A stretch of 64,000 nt of DNA from Microbotryum violaceum (taxonomy: Eukaryota): positions 930,001 to 994,000 of the forward strand of contig CDLV01000010.1 of assembly GCA_001244265.2 (NCBI GenBank), given 5' to 3'. The translations under genes and the position numbers were made by a program. Numbering within the stretch: the first letter of the stretch is position 1; each line of letters begins with the position of its first letter. The notes beneath the pieces were generated by a model. That model ran no database searches. It was not told the origin of the DNA and saw only the letters and a list, made by a program, of their open reading frames with translations. This document shows, piece by piece, positions 52,675 to 64,000 of this stretch.

Positions 52675-54369
52675 ATGGGTAACTCGTCGAGCAAGGAGAA
52701 GAAGCTCAAGCGCACCTCGTCGGTCGCGAGCACAGCTTCAGCTGCAGTCGGTTCGTCCTTCAACGCGGGCGTCATCACCAACTCGGCCTCACCATCGTCG
52801 TCCTCGACATCGGCCACAGCCGGTGACCCGCAATCCCGAGCGGGAACTCACGACAGTATTTCCCGCTCGTCGGGCACAACGTCAGGTGATGCGACGGGCC
52901 TCGGGACGGCGCTGCCGCCTTCGTCATCCGGCGGTGCTACAGCGAATGGCGCGTCCAGCCTCACCTCGACCTCCGTGAAGTCCTCGTCGTCGATGGCCGA
53001 CATCCCGACGACGCAGACCATCCTCGCCAACCCCATCTCGCTGCAGCAGTCGGTCAGCTCCGGCGTCGGCACTCTCGGCGCCGCTTCTTCGGCCTCGTCC
53101 GCCGCAGCCGGTGGGTTCAGTGCCGGCGGAGCCAGCAACTTCATGTCGACAACACCAGCCAGTCCGGCGCGACCGCAGACGTTCGACATTGACGACATGA
53201 TCTCGCGTCTGCTCGACACGGGCTACTCGGGTAAGGTCACCAAGTCCGTTTGTCTCAAGAACGCCGAGATCACGGCCATCTGCCAGGCCGCTCGCGAGGT
53301 CTTTTTGTCGCAACCTACCCTCATCGAGCTCTCTCCACCGGTCAAGATCGTCGGAGACGTGCACGGCCAGTACTCGGATCTGATCCGGCTCTTTGAGATG
53401 TGCGGCTTCCCGCCGAGCGCCAACTACCTCTTCCTCGGCGACTACGTCGATCGGGGCAAACAGTCGCTCGAGACGATCCTACTGCTGCTGTGCTACAAGA
53501 TCAAGTACCCCGAGAACTTTTTCCTGCTGCGAGGCAACCACGAGTGTGCGAACGTGACGCGAGGTGGGTGGAGGATGCTCACGTACGCAACGAAACGAAA
53601 TCGTGTAGCCGTGCTGACTGCTTCTGCCGCGCCACAGTGTACGGCTTCTACGATGAGTGCAAACGGCGGTGCAACATCAAGATTTGGAAAACCTTCATCG
53701 ACGTTTTCAACTGCTTGCCGATCGCGGCCGTCGTCGCGTCCAAGATCTTTTGCGTCCACGGTGGGCTGTCGCCGTCGCTGTCCTCGATGGACGACATTCG
53801 TCGGATATCGAGACCGACGGACGTGCCTGACTATGGCTTGCTCAACGACCTGTTGTGGTCCGATCCGTCCGATACGGCGCTTGACTGGGAGGACAATGAG
53901 CGTGGTGTTAGTTATTGCTTCGGAAAGACCGTTATTGGCGCGTTTTTGGCCCGCTACGACTTTGACCTCATTTGTCGAGCACACATGGTCGTCGAAGGTG
54001 AGTTCTTGTATTGCTGGCGCGCTTGGCGTAGTTTCTGAGCTGACTATTGAGGATCGCGTGCGTAGACGGGTACGAGTTCTGGAACGAGCGCACTTTGGTC
54101 ACCATCTTTTCAGCACCGAATTATTGCGGCGAGTTTGACAACTTTGGCGCCGTCATGTCTGTATCGGAGGATCTCTTGTGTGCTTTTGAATTGCTCAAAG
54201 TAAGTGACCCGGACCCTGCACTGCCTTCGGATGACTCATAATCCGTGCTTGCCCTTCCATCTCTGCGCAGCCATTGGACGGCGTGCAACTCAAGAAGGAG
54301 ATGGCCAAAAATCGTCGACGACTGTCGCAAGGTCACGCCCAAGCGGGCGTCACCGCACCGGCAACCTGA
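52675..54369 (+). CDS. PPZ1: Ser/Thr protein phosphatase Z (PP1-related)
   Basis: Myristoylation-type MGNSSSK, Ser-rich N-domain, [30 protein letters not shown]. Confidence 0.9.
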
Positions 54370-54819
54370 TTCCTGTGCGCAGTTGCGATCTTAGGTTTCA
54401 TTTGGACACTTTTCTTCTCATCTTTCCTTCGCGCCCTCTTCATACCGTCTTCTAAAGAACCCTTTGTAGCATCCTACCATTCATCATTTAGTTGCGAGCT
54501 GTTATTCTTTCTTTCTTTCGTCCGACTCTACCCCTTTTTCGCGTGTGTGTATGTTCAAAATCTTTGTGTGTCAACGTCTGGCGTTTATGATGTATTCATA
54601 TTCATATAAGCGCTGCCCTCTTCACCCCTTCGTTCTCTCTGCTTTCGTCGAAGGCTTCGACCACAAGGTTCCATTTATTTACTGGGCCTTCTCTGGACAT
54701 TACTTTCTTCGCGTCAAAACGTGACTGGCTTTTGGTGCTAAGATGTTCACAAACAAGACACGAGATCTACAAGACCCCGACGGGTGGTTTGAAGAGAGGA
54801 AAATGACATCTTTTCGGTG

Positions 54820-56520
54820 CTAGAAGGCGCTGACGGAGCTGAGACCGAAATCCGTCCAAGCGCCATACTGCTTCTGTCTTGGTGCGTCCGTCTCGGCTTC
54901 GGCGGAGAAGTACTTCTGGATCGTCGCCGGTTCATCGATCCTGTTGAGAGGTTTGAGGTAAAGTCAGAAATGGATGCGGGAAAATGGAGTTTTTTCATGG
55001 GTGAGAAATGGAGCTCCCCAGCAAAAAGACCCCCCAAAACCGGATGAGCGAGCAATTTGAAACGGATTTGAAATCGTCACGCAAGACTTGAAGCCCAGCT
55101 CAAGTATATTTGAAAAGAGAAGCGCGGTTTCAAGTGCGTTTCAAACCGATGCCCGCATCCGGTTTTGAGGGTGTCTCTTTGCTATGTGCTCACCATTTGA
55201 CTTTGGCCGCCTTCTTGTCGAGAATCGTCTTGACCGTCTGCCAACTGAACCGCACGACATTGGGGTACCCAAACACGGGATGGACGTTTTGTTCTAACCA
55301 AGCCACCGTCTTGGGATCTTTTGCGGCACCAGGACAAGGAGAGATAAGTAAGTGTCGACACCTTTGACATCGTGTTTCATTTGGACCGAGTCGACCCATG
55401 ACCCACCTGAAGGGTATCCACTCCCAAACACATTTCGGGCCTCTTCTACGCCGTCGTCATGGACCTGCACGCTCGCTGAAGACAAGATTGGCCAGGCTTC
55501 GAGGAAATGATCTCGTGTGACCTTGGCGACGATCGAAGCGGCCGAGACGATGGGGTAGATGGCGTCGGCTTTCGACGTGACGACAAAAGTAACGGCGGGG
55601 AAGAGGTGCTCGAGCTTTCGCTGATAATCAGCTGCGATACCGACCGTGTCAATGAAAGCCTGAATGGTAGAGTTTGTCTTTAGTTGATGATCAACACCCC
55701 TAGCACGCGTGGACGTACCCGGGTGATGTTGTAACCTCGGTCAATGACGTCTTTGATGAGCTTGATTGTAACGTCATGCGATTGTGCATTGCTGAAGGAG
55801 GTGATTGTGACGGTTGGTCAGCATCGGGGTTCACTTCAATGTAAGCCGCGCGCAGCTTTCGGGCAGGCACCAGCTACTGACAGGTTATAAGGGGTCCTCC
55901 TGAGCATGCCTCGCGAGATATCGTGCGCAGACATAACCGTGCAAGCGTAGTGAACATTCTTGGCGTCATTGATGATGACCTCGAGCAATCGTTCGCGCTC
56001 GAAATCTTTGAGCGTTTTAGAATCTGCCGGAGGAGAGCGTAGATGAACCCAACGCGAACACGTCAGTATCGAGGTCGATCACGTTGCAACATCAGGACAA
56101 CGCACCTGCAAAGCCGTGGGATCGAAGCTCTTCCGAGTACTCTACCCGACAAAAGGCGATGCCGTACACTTGAGGGCCTGCGGTGCCGGCGAGCGAAGGG
56201 TCAGCCATCTCGTCGGCTCTGACGCGTCGCGACGCGCCCCGACAAGCGGCCACGCCTGACTCGGTCCGGCGTCACAGCCGATTGCTCGTACCTAGAACCG
56301 GCCCACGGCCTGCTTCGTCAACACCTAGCATCCATTCACCCTCGATGGCAGGTTTGCGGGCCTTGCCCTTGTCTTTTGCGCTCGACGCGACCTCAATGAG
56401 ATCGACGCTGTGGAAAGTGTAACTGCGCGCGAGCGCGTCCGGATCGTTTCGTTTGACGGAAGGGAAGGAGACAGTCGGCGTGTAGAGGGCAGCGTCTTGG
56501 GATTTAGATTCCTGCGACAT
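54820..56520 (-). CDS. RNH201: Ribonuclease H2 catalytic subunit A
   Basis: GVDEAGRGPVLGP, DSKTL, IDTVG, KADAIYPIVSAASIVAKV, GSGYPSDP; last exon ...TIQKYF...SVSAF*. Confidence 0.93.
55020..55183. repeat. Imperfect foldback/inverted repeat (about 60-bp arms) in the last RNH201 intron
   Basis: AGCAAAAAGACCCCCCAAAACCGGATG... pairs with ...CATCCGGTTTTGAGGGTGTCTCTTTGCT. Confidence 0.85.
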
Positions 56521-57059
56521 GGTCGATGTTTGGCGGTAGTAGGTAGATTGGCGCGCTGGGTGTAAGATCACAGACCCATGGTGCGCTCCGACTCACTCGG
56601 ACGGCCACAGTACGACCACTGCTATTGCTCTTGAGCCAGAGCTGCGGGAGCCAACCCGCAGTTCTGAGACCGAACTCATTTTCTCGATCAAGTCGCCGGC
56701 TGAGGTCTGGAGTCCAGGAAGAACATTCACTCGCCTTGATCACTGTCTCTCGAGGCATTCATCGAGCCGTTGCGTGTTTAAGTATATTATCAGCACAGCG
56801 CCTCGGCACGACAAAATACATGCCCCGATTGTGGGCAGATCCATCGGCGAAGCACTGCAAGCCGTGTCGAATAAAGTAGAGAACACCACCGAGAATGAAA
56901 AATGCCAAGCCAAAGGCGATCGCGTTTACAATATAGTGGTACAGTGTTGACCAACGAGTGATAGATGTGCTCGATGAGTGTGGAATGATCACGGCCCAGA
57001 TCAAAATGGGGTTGAAAGGAACGAAGAGGAAGGATATCGAAACTGTCGTCGTGCACGAC

Positions 57060-59816
57060 TCAGCAGGTGAAGAGCGCCGCTTCGGGCGTAGTGCCAGAGG
57101 GATAGTACCCTGAACGAGCAGCAAACCAACAAATTGTCAGCTTTGAGCTCTCGTGGTCAGCTCTCCAGGTCTAGCGCTCTCGTTTGAGGGCTTACACCTG
57201 TGCGGACAAGGGTTGGGAGAGCAGTCAGCCATTGCAGTCCATTAATCGACACTCGTTAGGCTATTTACTTACAAGCTGACCGCGATGATGACATAGACCA
57301 TCATGAGCTAGAGGGTAAAGTCGGCAGTACAAAGGGGGAAACGAGGCAAGAGAGAAACGGGTCAGATGCATGCATCGTACGAGCCCGAGACATGTCCCGA
57401 CGCACCAACCATCCTTCCATCCAGTTGGATCGACCGTCTTGCAGAGTGTAGTTCGCGATGAGGACTGAGAGGAAGAGGACGATCGACTCGAACGGGTCGA
57501 ACAAGAGCGAGAGCGGCTTGTTGAGTATCCAGCCGAGCGTGACCATGAAGGGTATGACAAAGAGGGCGATCTGGATTGAGGAGCCCACGGCGACGCCCAA
57601 CGCGAGGTCGAGTTTGTCGTGGAGACCACTTGCGACAGCCGTCAGATGCTCGGCAGCGTTGCTGCGATTTCGAGCGCACGTAATGTTGGTTTTCGTATAG
57701 CTAAATCGTACGGCAAGTCAGGGCACGATCGACTTACCCGACGATGGGGAGCAAGATCAATCCCACCCATTCCACACTGATCTCGGGGTGCTGCTCTGTC
57801 AAACCGTTGATCGAGCTGCGCAGCAGTCACCGCGCATAAGTGTGGGTGCCGCGTCGCTACGACGGAGGCGCAGTCTCTCACCTGACCAAGAACTCGGCCG
57901 TGATCGCAATGAGCACCGTGGCGACGACGAGTAGACCGACGGCCGCCCAGAGCGTCAGCGTGGGCACTTCCTCCTCGTCGTCGTCTTGCACTGCGCCTTC
58001 CTCGGGGTCGACGAGGGCCTGGCGAGGCATGCGGACCGACTTGGCTGGCTTAAAGGCCGTCTTTTCCTTTCTCCCCAGCTTGAGCTTTTTGGTGAAATCC
58101 TCACCGTTGTCTTGTTGTGCGGCCTCAACGTACAGGTGCGGATGTGTGAAGAGTTGGAAGCTGAGGTAGGCCCCGTCTGTTGTCCCCAAGTACAGGTTCT
58201 CAGTCAGTCGACTGCTCAATTGCGATTCTCTGGTGTCAGTGCTTACAAGTGAGTAAGAGCAAGATCGAGGTCCCTCGTGACATAGACAGGATGGAACTCT
58301 TTTCGAACGAATCCGAGTTGGTGTCGCGGAAGGCCGCGGAATATCCGGCCTGTTCGTCGAAAGGGTCCGACATGGAAGATGCGACAGGTTATTGACCAGC
58401 TTTTGCTCTCAGCGAGTGTCGCAGCACGACGACAGAAAACTGACTGGGACCAGAATGGCGATGACGGAAATGACGAGTAACGAGCTGTTGAGCTGAGCCG
58501 CGGCACCCCCAAACGCCTGTTCGCTGTAGCGCAGGCCACCGAGGAAGAAGCACCTGCCCGATCGATGTGAAGCCGACGGTGCTCGAGGCGGCGCTGCATC
58601 AGCTCGGATTCGACATTTGAAGCTCACAAGGCAACCTCGAACTTACATCCCCATCACCAGGAGGAGGTTGGACAGGATCGAACCCAGCAGAGACGATTGT
58701 ACTACGCGGATCTCGCATTTGACGAGCGCAATAATGGCGATGATCAACTGCGGATGGGCATGGGGCACCGGCGGGGTAATCAGATTCCGGCAGGAGCCAT
58801 CACTGCAGGATCGCAGGCGCAGGTATGCAGCCGAGATACTGAGACTCACTTCCACCGCGTTACCAAGCGTGGCGTTGAGCAACCCACCCAGCGTCTGGCC
58901 GACCCGCAGAGCGAGCTCTTCGGTGCCGGTGCCCAGCATCTTGGCCAGAGGGATGATCGACAAGAAGGTGAAGATGAAGATGATCGTGTCGTTGACCTTG
59001 GCGAAATGAAGCGCCCATCCGACCTGAAGAATACAGAGGATTGATGACGCTCGACGTCAGCTTCGGGTAGTCGTCCCAACCCGCGTAGACGGCGGGTCGG
59101 CGGTCCTGACTGCACTTGGTGCTGCCAATGTACCTGCGTCGGGCTCTCGACAGAAGCCCCACCCCCACCCAGTGTCGCGGCACCACGAGCTAGCAGTGGC
59201 AGCACCTCCGAGTGACTCAAATAATCAAAGAAAAGGAGATGGCACTGACGGGAATAAACACGAGCAAGACATTGAGCCAGGTCACGGTGATGATGGCCCA
59301 CAACGATTCCTTCAAGGTCGGTTCTCGCGAGATCTTTCGCTCGGCGATCAGCAAATCGGTCAGTCGCTTCTTGAGCGGCAGCTTCTCAAAGGCCCCCTCG
59401 CCCGCGGCGGCGGTTGCGCCGGCCGACGCTCGCGTGCTGCGACGCGAGAAGGGCTGGTCTGACGGCGGCGTAGTCTCGTCGTTGGTATCAGATCGGTCCG
59501 TCGGGGTCGAATCGGACGGCATCGTCACCATCTTGCTCGTCGAACCGTAGCCATGGACCGCGCTCGTGCACTCCGTGCCCGCAACCGAATCGTGGTGAGT
59601 GGCAGCGGACTTGGCCTCGGACGCGGCCGTTCGCTCGCTGTCCGATGTCTCAGTGGTTGTCACGGTCGGGATCACGACGTGGTGGGCACTTGTCGGAGCG
59701 GCTTGCTGTGTGGTCGACATGGTCGTGCCCTTGGTCGAGTCGGTCTGGGCGTGGCGTTGCAGCAGTGGTGACAGGGGAGGGGAGGTTGAGGCACGGGGCG
59801 AAAGCGCGCGCGTCAT
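57060..59816 (-). CDS. VCX1: Vacuolar Ca2+/H+ antiporter (CAX family) with a 2-nt microexon
   Basis: [40 protein letters not shown]; the C-terminus SLWYYP requires microexon 57196-57197. Confidence 0.9.
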
Positions 59817-61856
59817 CTGATTCGCGCGATCGGCGGCAAGAATTCTATATTTGATTTTACACTGTTTGGCTTGGCATTCTGTCGTTCTTGGTGCACCTCA
59901 GCTCGCCTTGAGTGGTCAGGTCAGTTCTATTCGTCACGGCTCCAGGCCGCCAGCCCCGAACTTGGGCCGGGACAGCCCGGCGTCAGCAGTGATTCATGTC
60001 GTAATCAATTGTGAATTCCAACCGGCTCTCAGAATTTGCTAGGTACTGGGACTAGATTCGCCAGGGCCCTCACATGGGAGGAGTCGGAGCTTCGGAGGGA
60101 CGTCGAACCGTCCTCAGGCCGATACCGTGCATCGCGCAGCCTGTACATCCAGGGTTCGACAAGTACGGCTTCCAGCCGATCGAGTCACGCCAGGTCTTCG
60201 GAGTGTGTTGTTCTAAAGCATTCTTTTTTGGCGGCTCACGTTCGAGATGGGATGGTCGACATGTGCGTCGCGGGAAACGCTTGCTGGAGTGAGTCAGTGA
60301 CGACGCAATCAAGGCAAACCTCGTGTGGATCGCTTCGTCATGTGCCATCGTATCGTCTTGCAGGAGACTCAGATGATGTCACGTGTGGACCGCAGGGACA
60401 TGCTCGCACGTGTCAGAGCTTTTTTTTTCTGTATCAAGCCAGAGCTTGGTCGACCCCTGGCTCTCGTTAGCGTATCTGGTCTCGCAAGCGCTTAGGACGG
60501 ACGACACGAAGAGGGACAGCACCGACTCGGATGATGATGATGACGACGAAGTGCACGAACAATTAGTGGGCGGATCAAGAGGCGAAAGGATATCAATTCG
60601 AGCGATTTGGAGGTCCCGGGAGAGATGTATTCGTTTTCTTTGAGCGGCCCACTTTTGCAATGATGTAACTCAGGATTTCCAATGATTCTCATTGTATGCG
60701 TGTTGCGTCGCCTCGTTTTCTAACGTGACACCCCCCTTCACCGATTCGGCGGCCGGCTCTTTTTCTGTCCTCGATTCATCTCTCCGTCGGCTTCCTCGTT
60801 TCGGTCCTCTGGCTCTTCTCCGCTTCTACTGCCGTGTATCTCATACACCGCATTCTCATTGCGCCATAATCTGTAGCCTATACGAAACTTCATACTTCCT
60901 TTGTACCTTGTTCCCCCTCCTTGTCTCGCGGGCGTGCATAGTGTCAGGAATATATGGCTGTACCTTTATTCACCTGAGTATTGTGAGCTCCTTATATGAT
61001 ACTTGGAACTGAGCCTAATGTGGTGTTATTCGTTATTCTCTGTCCACTCTGGTCTCGTCCCTATCCACTGGACTGAGTTGTGATCATTGTCAGATTCCAC
61101 TTGAGAACATTTCTGCAATGAGAAAGCCAAGATACACGCCAGCTTCGCTATGATAATGGCTGTGCCGCTTTTCTCGCCCGCCGAGGAGTGAAGGAGAAGC
61201 CACACTGTGTACTGATTGAGTGGTGATGCATTCCATGAAGTGCATACTAGCTGAACCGAAGCTAAAGTCACCCCGACGTCATGTATTGTTTCTGTCGCCG
61301 AGCTGGAATGATTAGCGGACTCATGGAGGTTGGGGCACCACTGCAGGAGCGCTGTCCGCGACTCGTGTGGGATTCGGCGATGTTCCGTGCAGAGGGGTCG
61401 TACCTAACTGTGGACGCATAGACTCTGATTAATTAGCCCATGTATATTCGATCAATGCTGGACCATGCTTCCACTGATTCTGCCTCGAGGGAAGGGGCGA
61501 ACAAGGTGAGTGCCCGAGGCGTTATCTTGTCTGATCCACGACTCCTGATTCTCGAGCGGCCAGCCCCACCGCAAGCATCCTTTGGGCGCTTTCCCTACAT
61601 TGCACCTACCGCCACTGACTGTTTACATTCACATGGAGCCCCTCTCCTTGATCTAGCTCCCCGGCTGCGGATCCTTTGCCTCGAACCTCATCCCCGAGCT
61701 CTCAACGCTTCGAACGCGCCTGGTGCGACTGAACGTTTCGTCGCTCGCTTCGTCCAGGTCGACGTCGAGAGCAAGAATTGTGGGTTCCTCAATTGCGAGA
61801 TCGACCATTTCACAGCAGACGAGTCGTTCGATTGTTCTCACCTCCCCAAAACATTG

Positions 61857-64000
<2,144 letters not shown>

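Noticed and set aside
54747-55055. ORF ending LVDLVSCL as the RNH201 C-terminus
   Set aside because: Splice phase selects the other frame (WIDEPATIQKYF...SAF*, stop at 54820).
56759-57124. Hydrophobic 121-aa ORF downstream of the CAX gene
   Set aside because: It is in neither the microexon-included frame nor supported by a start context; likely 3' UTR.

Overview
Gene-dense, intron-rich, GC-rich fungal nuclear DNA. Gene content and intron style suggest a basidiomycete, probably Pucciniomycotina/Microbotryomycetes (inference). About 25 spliced or single-exon protein genes were reconstructed by hand: SPT5, RPL31, mitochondrial EF-Tu, an LRR protein, a DUF155/RMND1-like protein, TUM1, IDI1, uS7m, two eIF4E paralogues, ARG2, a Gcn4/Cpc1-like bZIP, a secreted metallophosphoesterase, VPS28, a LAMTOR1/Ego1-like protein, UTP7, a LYAR-type zinc finger, an MTM1/SLC25A39-like carrier, an EVE protein, SAC1, PPZ1, RNH201 and a VCX1/CAX antiporter. 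An accessory island at about 26.8-32.1 kb holds a small secreted Cys-rich protein and an intron-containing tRNA-Gly(TCC). The tRNA has a 5'-truncated L1/Tx1-like LINE about 45 bp upstream and a Copia 3' LTR about 100 bp downstream. A second Copia element runs off the right end. The main leads are: the possible tRNA-targeted LINE; a 2-nt microexon in the CAX gene; two IDI1 introns with very long AG-free zones; an eIF4E paralogue lacking the W73 equivalent; three GC-AG introns within 7 kb; and uORFs on the bZIP gene. Several -1 frameshifts in short homopolymers look like assembly errors. All exon structures are manual predictions without RNA data.
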